A stretch of DNA of 63,588 bases, the filler included, from Platydemus manokwari (Eukaryota): the NCBI GenBank assembly GCA_037951405.1. It is 5 parts of 5 records of this genome, joined end to end, with 100 filler letters (N's around TTAATTAATTAA, not from the genome) between each part and the next. Parts side by side here need not be neighbours in the genome. Positions count along the whole stretch, not along the records: positions 1 to 15,748 come from JBBMOY011245874.1; 4 more parts are not named here. The stretch is one strand, 5' to 3'. The notes under the pieces were generated by a model that was given only the letters and a program-made list of their open reading frames with translations, did not search any database and was not told the origin of the DNA. Position 1 is the stretch's first letter. Each line of letters begins with the position of its first letter. Positions 1-13,644 of this stretch are shown in pieces. A program made the translations under genes and the position numbers.

Positions 1-561
1 GTTGCCAACAATGGTCTATTAAAAGCGAAAATCAAATCAGTCAGCTTTATAATCAATTGTCAAAAAAATCAAATCAGTTTTATAATCAATTGTTAATTTT
101 TTGGAGAATAAATTGTTAATTTTTGGGGAATTGGCTTGCAGCAGATTAATCGAATGAATTGTTTATTTTGGAGAATTGGCTTGCAGCAGATTAGTACATA
201 CTTGAGAACATCTTAAGGCGCATATTTAATAGTTTACAGGGAAATGATTTATTTGGGGTTTTCATGTATCAACAGTCTAATTCTAAATGGGGTTTCGGGG
301 ATTTTTTATATGGTGGTAAATCTAAATAAGGTTTAGGGAATTTTATATGATTTGTTTTTATGTGTGCATTTAGGGAGTTTTATATGGTTTGTTTTTATGA
401 GATTAATGTGTGGTGCCATCCCAACAAACTACAACCAACTATGAAAAACAAGCAGCTCATAAAACTCCTCAAGTGTTACTAGCTAGTGATCAATGAAATG
501 ATATTAAAGTAGTGACAAACTGACTTCTACGATTATTTATGAGAAATGACTATTAGAAATT

Positions 562-1101
562 TGTTTGGTGTATAATGAAAACAAGTAAAACATCCACGGA
601 AACCATGGAAATAATTCTCAAAGGGTCGATACACAGAGATTAGACAAGCTCATCTACCTAGAGCCAATCAGATGTTTCCTATTTATCAATTGTTTACAGA
701 ACACGACAAGCAATTGACGCATGCCAACAACAAGTAACAAACAATGACATAAAAGATAAAAGAAAATGTTCTAATAAATTTTCTAAAAGCAAAGTCCTGA
801 AACATCAAGTGGACACACATTATAAGCATATAAAAGGAGTTAGATCTCACTCTACCAGTCTTTCTAGGTCGGGAACTGTCATCTGTGTGACATCTTTGTG
901 ATTTTCTGACAACTAATCCTTATGGTTGGTATCTTTGTCGATGTTTAACTTTCGAGCGTTGATTCTGTTTGAGTTGATTATTGATTTGACTAGCGAGGGT
1001 TTTGATTCCGGACCGTGATTGTTTGACAAATTAATTTTCAGTAAAATATTGTAATCGTTAATTATAATATTAGCATTTAGCGTTAGTAAATATTCTTAAC
1101 A
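562..1101 (+). mobile_element. Diverged solo LTR of the window's TGTT...AACA LTR family
   Basis: Starts TGTTTGG and ends TTAACA. Shares blocks (ccaatcagat; acatcaa..gacacac; tataaaag) with the copies at 10445-10961, 10962-11383 and 50184-50821. Its 3' part matches the reverse complement of ~14640-14730. No TSD seen; boundaries approximate. Confidence 0.5.
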
Positions 1102-1775
1102 GTATAAATTAAAAAGACGACTTCATAATAGAGAAAGCCTAAAGCGCAAAAAATGCAAATACGAGTATGCGTTTTATCCCCAATTTCATTCATTTTTACA
1201 CACACAAGGCATTTGTCGAAGTACTTAAAATATTTAAAACACTGAGTTTTCTGCGCATATCAACCAATATATTTTGAATAAAAATCGAAAATTGATTCTC
1301 AATTATGTAATAAAATACGAACTCTGTTTGCTATAGATGAATCTGGATCATTATTTGATAGCTGACAATAAATGATAGAATTCTACATCAATTTAATTGT
1401 AATAAATAAATTATTCTTAACACTGAAATTTATCAATGAAATTGTTTGGTACTGATATGATGTCAGTGAAAAGATTCAAACTTAAGACTGAGAATGAAAC
1501 CGTATGAGAAAAATTATGAGAACCAATTCAATATATTCAACAAGACCGGTTAATAAAGCTGAGGATACAGATAAAGTTTGGATTAAATGAAGGAAATACT
1601 ATATTTGAGCTTAAATATTCAAACATATCTGGAACTGAATTGCTGGAAAAAATCCCTAAAAATTGAAAAATTTTAAACTTGTCTGAATTTCCTAATAGGA
1701 TCAAACGTTATGACGAATAATAATCATAATATTCTCACGGATATCAATATTCAATCAATAACAGAAATTAAATTG

Positions 1776-1789
1776 TCTGTCATAGCAAC
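1776..1789 (+). promoter_or_regulatory. RFX X-box-like element upstream of the putative tubulin start codon
   Basis: TCTGTCATAGCAAC matches GTTGCCATAGCAAC at 11/14 positions with a perfect right half-site, 29 bp upstream of the ATG at 1818. Confidence 0.35.
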
Positions 1790-1817
1790 AAACTATTATT
1801 AGGATAACAGCAGTGCT

Positions 1818-4309
1818 ATGGTTAGATTTATTTTATAAATTACTTCATTATATTGTTAATTAACCTAAATAATATTTTCTATTAATAATTGATGAAGTAT
1901 TCTATGAATATAATTATTTTTCTAATAACTGGACTAGTTAAATATTAATAGTTTGATTCATTATTATTTGTTAAATTTGCTAGACTCAATTACAACAGAT
2001 GCTCATCGTTAATGCCACTTTGAAATTAAATTCAGTGGGTTACAAACGAAGGTGCATTTATTAAACATGATTTAGAGTTCACGTCGAATAATAAATTTAG
2101 TCAAACAGAAAAGATTTAACTTTAATTATTTTATTTTTATAGCTCGTATTAACTCTGTTGTTAATAGTTTTAATGATGATTTTTATTTATAATAATTAAC
2201 CAAAGATAAGCCAATTTATATAACGTTCTCCAGAGGATTTGATTCGTGTTTGATATTCAAGTTTTATCCAATAAAGTCGCTACTACAAACCCAACCTAAA
2301 GCGTACTATGACTTAAATTCTATGAACCCATCAATAAACAAAGTTGTTGATAAGGTTTTATATAAAAACTTCCTAAAATACTTGAATCTCTTAAATCACT
2401 TTATAACTGCTACCTACCATATAATTTAATTAAAGGTATTTCTAATAATTTAAAAATAATTTACAAAAATTTAAAAATAAATAATTCTTCCCAAATTATC
2501 TTCCCATAAAATGTAATCATTTTACTCAAGTAAAACACTTGTTTAATATTTCTTTAATATTTCTAAATAAATTCCAATATTAGAGAATTACCTGGTTAAT
2601 AAAAGACAATATTCTACAATATATCGGAATATTTTGAAATATTATAATATTAATTATAATAATTTTACTCAAAGAAGATATTTTCTTGTATATTGATAAC
2701 AATAGATGCAAAATAAGCATTATTATTAAAATATTTTTAGAGAGAAGTCATTTGTCTTAACATTGGGCAAGCTGGGGTTCAATTATCAAATGCCGCATGG
2801 GAATTATTTTGCATCGAACATAGCATTGAAGCTAATGGATTGTTAAAAGAGAATTTGTTAGATGAGGAAAACGAATCCTTTAGAACATTTTTCCAAGAAG
2901 TTCCAACTGGACAATTCGTACCTCGAGCAGTGAGTATAGATTTAGAACCCACCGTTATTGGTATGCTGATAATAATTTTATAAAGACTTATTAATTCTTT
3001 AGATGAAATAAGATCTGGACCATATCGAAATCTTTTTCATCCAGATCAATTGATATCGTCTATGGAAGATGGAGCTAGTAATTTTGCACGTGGTTTCTTC
3101 ACAATAGGAAAACGTCAAATAGATTTTCTGACAAATACTATTCGGAAACTTGTTGATGCATGCGAAATGTTGCAAGGATTTTTTGTTGTTCATAGTGTCT
3201 CTGGTGGAACAGGATCTGGATTTTCAACTCTAGCTCTCGACACTCTCACTCTAGAATATACTAAGAGAAACAAATTTCAAATGAGTATCTTTCCTAGCCC
3301 AATGTTATCAACTGCTGTTGTTGAACCTTATAATACAGTGCTTAGCTCAATACGAGCCTTGGAAAATTGTGAGCTGACTAATGTAATGGACAATGAAGCA
3401 ATTTACGGCATTTGCAATACATCTCTTAACATCATAAGACCGACGTATAGTAATATAAACAGAGTTGTATCACAAGTATTCAGTGACATAACGGCCTCAC
3501 TAAGATTTCAAGGTTCATTAAATTCAGACTTAGATCAGTTGTGTACAAATCTTATTCCATATCCTCGAATTCATTTTCCAATTGCTTGTCACACTCCTTT
3601 GACATCAGCAAGTAAAGCTGAGCATGAGCCAATGAATACATTACAGCTAACAAAAAATCTGTTCGATAAAACCAACCAAATGGTAAGTTGTTCTTTGGAT
3701 GAAGGAAAATATATGTGTTGTGTGATCCAATACCGAGGTCGGATTACTCCAAAAGAAGTTAATCAATCAATTTTTGAAATTAAACGAAAAAGTGAAATAA
3801 AATTTGTTGAATGGTGCCCAACTGGGTTCAAATTGGGTGTCAATGGTCAACCACCAATTCGTGTTCCTGGTTCCGACATTGCACAATCAGATCGCAGTGT
3901 CACTATGCTAGCAAATAGTACAAGTATCAAAGAAATATGGGAAAAAATCATTCAAAAATTCGATATTTTATTTTCTAAGAGATCGTTTGTTCATTGGTAT
4001 GTTGGTGAAGGAATGGAGGAAGGAGAATTTAATGAAGCTAGGGATGAAATTGGTGGAATCCACATGGATTATGTTGAGTTGGAAAATTCGGAAGAAGAAG
4101 CACAGGGAGATGAAGCTGGTCCTGTCGAAGAAAAAGAGAAAGCGGCAGTACCGGCTGGAGTTGATCGAGCTGCTACAGAAGAAGAAGTTAAAGCAGAACC
4201 TGAAGCGGAAGAAGAAGAAGAAAAGGTTGAAAAAGAAGAATCGCATGGTAAAGAAGATGAGGATGAAGATGAGGACGAAGACGATGATGAATCGGAAACT
4301 GATAATTAA
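1818..4309 (+). CDS. Divergent alpha-tubulin, ~509 aa; exons 1818-1820 (ATG only, inferred), 2741-2960, 3003-4309
   Basis: Exon 2 reads REVICLNIGQAGVQ...VPRAVSIDLEPTVI. A 42-bp GT-AG intron (2961-3002) leads to exon 3 with SGGTGSG, VVEPYN, PYPRIHF, WCPTGFK and FVHWYVGEGMEEGEF. An ATG-only first exon is typical of animal alpha-tubulins; the nearest upstream ATG|GT I found is 1818-1822, so exon 1 is less certain. Confidence 0.93.
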
Positions 4310-5581
4310 TAATACGCAATTTTGTATAGTTATTAGACACGCTTTTATTGTCATGTAAAAATATTTTTTTAACTTTTAATCCAACCCACAACCTAATTTA
4401 ACCATTTATGTTATATTCATTATTTGGATATAAATATTCAATAAATTTATATTTATTTTTGCTAGTTTTCACTAATATTATAACTAATTATGATATTCAC
4501 TAATTATAATATTATTTCACCCAAGTAATGAGTTAAATTATTTCGAGAAATCTCAAAATCTCAAAATAAAAATGAAATAAAATGCCCGTTTATAAACTAA
4601 ACCAAACTGAAAATATTACTATGGTGTTTTATTGGAAAATTAAATTATAACTTTACAAAATGATAAATTAAACAACATTCAATGCAATAACATAATCTCA
4701 AAGTGCATGATGCTAGGATTTAAGCAATATTCAACGAGTGATTTGAAAATAAATAAAAACAAATGGATTTAAATGTGTATTAAATTATAAGTATGTTTGC
4801 TAATAAGTGAAAGTCGGAATAAAATTCGTATCATAAAATAAAATCATGACAAGTTTATACTTTTTAATAATTTTATGAACATCTCAAAGTTTGATGTTTT
4901 GAAAGTATTCACCAATTGTGTTGATAAAGGGAGTAAAAGTTTTATTTTATATTTTAAAATATTTGTATTCTTATTTAACCAAGTCAGGAAAAGCACTGAT
5001 TTTTAAAAGCATTTATCAAAATCTATGACAGCTAAATAACTTTTCTAGTTCATTGGAGTATACAATAATTTTCAATTCAACTTTATATTAAAATTTGGAC
5101 AAATATTTTTTTAATCCCAGTGGGATCTGAAATCGAAAATTTTACTATATTGGACCACACGTTACATTACCCCTAATTAATTATTGATTAAATTTGTAAA
5201 ATACATATTTCAAAGTTAGACAAAAAGTTTTGTAAATTATAGCTTTATTTAAAAAATATTGCAACTTTATTTTAATTTATTAAATAATTCATTTATTTTG
5301 ACCATTTATTTATCTAATTTTCTTTTTGATTTTCATTTACTAAATCGAGAAAACTTAAATTGATTTTAAATGTATTTGTAATTATTTTATAAAGTTTTTC
5401 TTAAAAGTAAAAAAATAATTTAACAACTACACTGAAAAAAATCATGCATCATCATTTTCCTAAATTTAATATTAATACTATGAAAAAAATTACTTATAAA
5501 AAATTAGTTGTTATAAAATAATTACCTTTTCTTATATTTACACGGTTGTTTTAATTTGCATTATTTTTCACAATTTTAATT

Positions 5582-6763
<1,182 letters not shown>

Positions 6764-7481
6764 TCATATTGATGGAATCTATCTATCTAACCATTCAGTT
6801 TTGACTGTTGATCAATGATAGAATAAATTTTGGCACCGACTAAAATAATAATTTGATTAGTTAAATATTTGGAAAAATGTCATTTTTTGATAATTTTCTG
6901 TTGATTTTGTCGACATTTTTTCATAGTAGTGTTCTCGATATCTTGTCTCAGGTTCTGTGTACAGTTATCGACGATGATGATTTGATGTTCAGGATGATGG
7001 TGAGCATGGTGATGATGACAAAATAGTGGCTTTGTGAACGTTTTTATTGTGCAGCTGGCTGTATGTTCTCTTGTCTTGAAGAAAAAATGGTTCAATTGCG
7101 GATTTATTATGATTTGCCGCCAATTCAAATTTATAAAAAATGCTAAAAATAATGTTAGACAACTTTTGTATTAGAAATGTGGATAATAATCTATTAGTTG
7201 ATGTCATGTTTCCAATTTTTCTAGTTTTGTATAAATGTGGTACATGGTCAAGCCTTAAACGAAAAAGAAATATTGTTGGTTGATTTTTAACAATGGTTAT
7301 CAAATTTGATCCAGTAAACAACTAATTATAGTAGTTATTTCAGAGAAAATATTTTTAAAATTAACTATTTAATTCTAACCACCGATTTTGTCTTAAAATA
7401 TTCAAATTGATTCTCTCAGTTAAAATTATTTTTAATTATAATTTTAAATTAAAGTGACAATTTAACACTTGGAAATTGTTA

Positions 7482-7700
7482 TTATTTGTCACAACAAGGA
7501 GGTATACAAACACAGCAGTCACAATTCCAAGGATTTTTCCCTTTCATTCCAATATTTGTTGGTAAAATATCATGCCGGTATAAAGATCCTTGTTTGAATC
7601 TATGCATTGAATTACATTCTTGAGCTCTGGCATGAGAAGGTAGATATTGTGGTCTTGCCATATTGAAGTGATATCCTGGAGGATGGAAACATGGTAGCAT
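7482..7700 (-). CDS. 72-aa Cys/Pro-rich microprotein, paralog A of an unannotated family
   Basis: ATG in A-rich context (caaaATG); GC above flanks. Strong peptide similarity to 13645-13872 (H-x3-QEC-x5-F-x-QG-x-LYRHDI-x-P-x2-IGM-x-G-x2-PW) despite diverged DNA. Confidence 0.75.
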   Translation of the reverse strand: MLPCFHPPGYHFNMARPQYLPSHARAQECNSMHRFKQGSLYRHDILPTNIGMKGKNPWNCDCCVCIPPCCDK

Positions 7701-9903
7701 TTTGATGAATTGTTTAAATGGTTACTAATAGCTTGTAATAAATTTGATTTTAAATTCTCAATATATTAATATTGAAATTAACGATTGTTATTTTGAATGA
7801 AAGATAATTTATAAGAAAACTATTTTCCAAATTAGCTACATTTTGAAAATGTTTAGATTAAAAATTCATCATTATTACATTGTTTAAATACTAAAATTTG
7901 TTGCTAACTAACAATTAACTTGTTAACGCCTACAATTATCTGTTAACCTGTGTGTAGCACATTTCATTTTTAATAAAATCAAAATTTAACTAATATTCTT
8001 ACTCATGATATTTATACTCATTCCAAATGTGAAATTTCATCTATGCAAATAGCAATAGTTTATTTTAAAGTTAAGTAGTTAAAATTCAAATAAAGTTAAT
8101 CAAGAAAATATAACTTGAAAAATAAAGTTCATTTTATTCTGATACAGTTTTGACATTTCTAATTCATCTCTAATGATTTCTATTATGACGTCACGACGGT
8201 CATTATAATTGTGACCATCAAGTTTCAGAAATTTAATGTAAATATTTACTGAAATAAAAACACACAATTAAACATCTGTAATTTAACAAAATTATTACAA
8301 TTGCTAATAATGGTAGAATGGTATGAACTACAATAGATGATAAATTGTAATCAATTAGGAACTTTCGAGAAGATAAATTATTTCAAAAATAAAGAGCAAT
8401 TTTCAAAATGAACAAAAAGAACAATTTTTAACAATCTCCTAATCCTAAATGTGTTTCATGATTCAAAAATTTTAATCTCAAGCACTGTAAATGGTTAATC
8501 AATTCGATATGTAAGAACCCAATAATAATGATAAATTGTACTTATAATTTTAAAATATTAATTAATAAATTCATTTAAAAGTAAGAAAAATAAATAAAAC
8601 TCTGAAATTTAAAGGTTACTATTATACGTTTGGCACACTATGACCAATACTATAAATGCTATAAATACCTCGCAACCGGAAAATCTAATTAATCATCTCT
8701 AGATGGATATTCAAGTGAGAATTTTAATTTGTAATTAAAATCAAAATATGTCTAGAATTATAAAAATCTGCAGAAAAATCATTGTCGTCAGAGGAATTGA
8801 TTAGTAGTTACTCCAGGCTATAGATGGAAATTTGGGCAAACAGACATCATTTGAGTAGTAACTTCACCAATTGCATTTTTTGTTTGGAATAGTGTCGGTA
8901 CTGTTGGGTAATAACTAACAATAAAACCTGAAAATTATAGTTTAAACTACAATATCGCAGCTCGATTTATGAATAGATACAGTTAAAATTTTATTACAAA
9001 TCAGTAACAAATTATCATACAAGACGAGATTAGTACCCGAAAGTCAAACAAATGTTGTGTAAATCACAAATCAATCTGTTGGGTTGTGATGGTGGTTAAC
9101 AGTTGTTGGGTCAACTCAACAGCGTGAGTTCACTTGCTTTATATTCAAATGTTTATAAAAAGGAATAACAAACAAACTTGTTAAAAAACTTTTATTAAGC
9201 AAATTATATATTACACAAAAAAAATCGATACAAACGCTTAACTCACACTAATTTTAAAACAACAAGTAGGTGAGGTTATCTCACAGAGACCGTGAGAACC
9301 CAAAAAATTGTCTTAAAAGTTTGTTATAGATTTTATTATTGATATCTCCAAAGGAGATCCTTTAGAGTGCGGTTATATTCACTTTTAGGTTTTAATAAAA
9401 ATGTATTTAGTTATTTACTTTCCAATTCTTTGTTAACTCTATCATACTCTAAATTTCAATTTCTTTCTAAGCTTTCACTTTATCGGCAATTTAATCTTAT
9501 CTACGAGTCCGCTTTATTGGTAATTTGATTAATCTCTAAGCGTTCACTTTACCGATATTTTTAAGAGTGAATTGTGATGGAAATCCATCAGCTTATATAG
9601 ATGCTGAGATTCGGTACTTTGTACCTAGCAATTTTCATCACTCTTGTAAATTTTAAGTCATATTTTTACCTTGGACCTTAATGTTTATAATTCTAAAAGT
9701 CCTAAACCTTAAAAATTCTTAATAATTTATCTAACCTTAGAAATTTTATTATTAAATTATTGACATTACCAATTAAATATTATTAAATCATTGACATTAA
9801 AAATTAAATATTCTATTCCTTTTTTCAGTCTCTGATTTATGAATAATAGTATATACGAAATTATATTTTCCATATTTTTAAAATTCTTTATTCTTTACAT
9901 TTC

Positions 9904-9972
9904 ATCCAAATTGAAAATAATTACAAGCTAAAAATGATCCAAATTGAAAATAATTACATGGTAAAAATGATC
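9904..9972. repeat. Two-copy 33-bp tandem repeat
   Basis: atccaaattgaaaataattacaagctaaaaatg followed by atccaaattgaaaataattacatggtaaaaatg. Confidence 0.8.
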
Positions 9973-10444
9973 ACAAAATATAATCAGATGTTATGAATAT
10001 AATGACAAGGATTTACAATCAATATTTCAAGTTTAAAAGTCAGAAATGATCAGAATATCATAAAAAATCAAATCATTAAAATATCATAAGAATCAAGTCA
10101 TTATTGGGAACTGGATTGTCTGGATCCTTCGAATTTGCAGTTCGCAGATTAATCCTTGTTGACATCAAGCGTCTAATTCCAGCTTTGGGTGGCCAACGTT
10201 TCCCATTTTGGGTTTGGTATTAAGGACTTAATAACTATTGTCGTACCGGGTCTTTCAGGTTTTTGTCTGTGGGTGTTCTTGATTTTTTGAACACAGGGTT
10301 ACATCGTGATGGCTGTGGCAGTTGTCGTTTCTGAGGTGGCTGCTATTGCTGCCTCCATTGTAAGAGTTGATGGTATATGGAATCTTTTCGTCTTCGCTCT
10401 CCTCACTATCTGAGTAGAGCCCTAGACGTTCCATATAGTCTTCC

Positions 10445-10961
10445 CAACAAATCAAAAAGGTCACAAGGACCAAGTAAATAACCCTAAAAAGGTCAATATA
10501 CATGTACCAGATAAAGACATATGTCGTTAACCAATCAGATTCATTCTAATGCTAATCCATATTTAGAATCTAAGAATCGACAGACATATACCTACAAACG
10601 GAAGCTAGCTCAAATATCATCCAATCGCACGAGAAATCTAAGGAAAATCTCACGTGAATGGAAAACGAAGATCCTTGACATCAAACAGACACACCCGATA
10701 GGACTATAAAAGAGGTTGAGTTCTATAGATTCCTACCATTCTTTTTTGGTTAGTAACTTTAATGCTTATCTTATGTGTGATTTTATTAATCAGTCTTTTT
10801 GATTACTTTTCATTCTGTTTTTGACTTTCAGGCACTGATTCCGTCTTGAGGGATTTTCTTTCTGAATGTTGAAAAGATTTGCTGTTGTTATTGAGACTTT
10901 GAGTGTAATATTTTAATTAATACCAATTTTAAGATTTAAATTTTTGATTAATAACCCAACA
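10445..10961 (+). mobile_element. LTR-family copy in plus orientation nested within the 8902-11383 element
   Basis: Reverse-complement homolog of ~11040-11383 and ~50470-50821, with TATA-like ctataaaag near 10704. Ends AACCCAACA; a matching TGTTGGGTT lies at 9077. Confidence 0.7.
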
Positions 10962-13644
10962 TAGAGAAAATAAAACAGCCAAAAGACTGGCAGCTGAAAA
11001 TTAAGTAAAATTCAAGAATATAATACAAATTACCGAGAAAAGAAGTCTGGCAGTTACTCATGGAATTCAACCTCTTTTACATACCTATTAAGTGTGTCTG
11101 CTTGATGTCACGGATATTCGTTTTTCATTTGCTGAATTCGTTCATAAAAAGTTATGTTAGCAATTTCCCTTGCATCTCTTGTACGATTGCTAGTTAACTG
11201 AGATTGCAGCCATTTGTTGGTATACACCAGTTGATTTTTAACTTCTAAATATGGATTAATTTTAGAAAGAATCTGATTGGCTGTTGAGACGTGCATTTGT
11301 CGGATCTGGGTATGTCAATCCTCTTAAGGGTTATTTCCCTGTGTTCTGTAAACATTTAGGCTGAATTTGTGATCTACCCAACAGTACAAATAGCCCTATG
11401 CAAGTATTTTACTACAATTGTTCTTTATGGCGTGATATTTTTACACTTAAATTTAGCAACTCAGCAGTCGGATTCAACTTCTATTATTGTATACTTGATT
11501 TACTATATATAACCATTGTTGAATTGTCAATAATGTTTATTTATCTCATTATTATCGATATAAACACGCAATTTAAAAAAGAATCAGATAAGTGGGGACA
11601 GCACAATAATCTAATTAAATATTGCACTAAATAAAACTTGAGATAAATAACATAAGGAAAACATTATCAGACGTGTGTATAAAGACTTAAATTAAATTGA
11701 CTAAGAAAAAGACCACTTGTTAAGGATTTTTTTAAAATGAATTTTCATGAATTTGTTTTAAGTTATATCTCATAATGGATCATTACCATATTCATGTTTG
11801 GGAAATCGTATCTCATTCTTTAATATTTAAGAGCCTGATTATGAAGAATACATCAACTATGGTCTTGTAGTACTTAATCGACGGTATCAACATATTCATG
11901 AACATGAAATGGCAGCAAATAATAGCTTCTTAATCAATATTGATAAATATTAAAAGGAGACGATTGTTGAGGAGGAAACTCATTTTTCTCTCAATATCAA
12001 TGGTGAATAGTTCTATGAATGATACTTTGGTTAAAAATAACAAATGTGTTTTCTTCTTTCTATTCTCCCTTAAACAATATGAACTCTATAAAAAATTAAA
12101 TTTTATTTTCAATAACTTGATTGGGTTTCTATCTGATTCCAAATGTATAAGTAATTATAGTTTTACGATTGAGAGGAACTGAATTATATTACACAATTAT
12201 CAATCTCAATGAAGTTAGATCCTATAGCTTATTTATGTAATTAAAAAGTCAAAATAAATTCTGATACAACTATATGTTAACGTTCGAATAATTCAAATGG
12301 TATAAATAAGCCATTTTATTTATATATAAAACTTTCATAAACAATACTCAAATTATCATTTATTTATCAAACAAATCAAAATTTATAATTAAAAAACAAA
12401 TGAGTGGATTTACTCGTCGAGAGGACGAGTGCCAAAATTACGCATCAATTTACGGTTACATATATTTTTCTAATATGTTATGCAATAATCTTCAAGATAA
12501 AATCCCTTGAAGAATAAATAAATTATATCATTTACCTATAACTTCAAATCAAATGCCCTCCGTAAATGTACTCTCAAACACAACTTATTTAGTCCAATAA
12601 TTGTTAAGCATAGTTTTATTCCAGTACTATCCAAATTATTATCACTTGAAAATTAGTTATCACCATTTCAGTTCTATCAAATGATATTTAAGTAAATTTT
12701 TGTGTCTTTGTCTCATTACGTGCTTCGTGTATATATTATTTTTGAGGTTAAATGCCGGTTAAATGTCGGTGAACTATTTTATTCACCTAATTTTCTGTAT
12801 ATTCAATACACATTATTAATTTTAATCGTGTGTAATTTTTCATTTTGCTTGTCTTGATTTCTAGATATTAATTTTCAATTTACTTTTCGGAATTTCTAAC
12901 TTGTGTATCAGATTTAATTTATTCAGTTTGTTAATCTGGAATGACTCATTCATGTTGGATGTTTATTTTTAATTCTTAATGTGGCTGATTATTTGTAGTG
13001 CGACTGATTATTTTTAATCGTAGTTGATTAATTATGTCCCGGATTTACTATTCTGCTTTATTCAGATATTTATTTAATATAATTATCTTATTCTCCTTAC
13101 TTTATATAAACTTCAACGTTATTTTTAGATATACTGTTATTACTATTACAAATACATATTTCTAATACAAATTTCTAATATACTAAAATTAATTTATTAT
13201 ATTGAGTAATATAATTATACCATTATATATTATTTGTAGTTCTATTTATGAACAAATTATTTATTATTTTATCCATTTCCTATGTCATAAAACAATACAT
13301 TTAATTACCAAAAATGGTCTTGTTCAATATAGAATAGTAAGGATAATTAAAAAAACGAAATTTTCTATTTTATTAAAACCACCAAAGTCAGTAATCCGAA
13401 ATGGGTACTTTTCCAAAAAAAGATTATCAGTGAGCAACCTGTATAAAATTTATAAAGTTACAACTTGATAAGAAAAGTTTTCCAGTACACTTTGAGACAA
13501 GATCCATATACGATAATATTTATAAAATTACATTCTCATCATTCGATAAAAGCATTTTGAAGATTTCTTTGATCAGATAATATTAGAAAACTCTTAAATA
13601 AACTGGAAGTCATCAATGTAATGATTTTATTTATATAATTTTCT

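Larger units (their letters stand above)
8902..11383 (-). mobile_element. Solo LTR (minus orientation) split by nested insertions
   Basis: 9-bp inverted termini TGTTGGGTA...TACCCAACA flanked by a perfect 4-bp TSD GTAC (8898-8901 and 11384-11387). Segment ~11020-11383 aligns with ~50460-50821. Confidence 0.75.

Noticed and set aside
28-200. Short duplicated blocks at the window start as a CRISPR-like array
   Set aside because: Two-copy slippage duplications with no regular repeat-spacer period, in eukaryotic DNA.
3968-4391. Phe-rich, Lys-rich and His-rich ORFs overlapping the tubulin tail
   Set aside because: Alternate-frame and antisense shadows of GAA/GAT-rich codons.
6880-7321. Minus-strand ORFs including a His run
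   Set aside because: Antisense to the probable PP2A 3' UTR; the His run derives from GAT/GGT repeats and there is no homology evidence.
10521-11296. Two similar 62-aa ORFs (NQI...NPYLE)
   Set aside because: The similarity is explained by both lying in copies of the same LTR.
8840-11440. Removing the LTR at its GTAC TSD restores minus-strand HAIKNNCSKILA*GYLYRH, resembling the microprotein QGxLYRH motif
   Set aside because: The downstream DIxP/IGM/PW part is absent and there are stops. It fits a decayed LINE endonuclease (G-x-I-Y-R) equally well, so a third paralog is not supportable.
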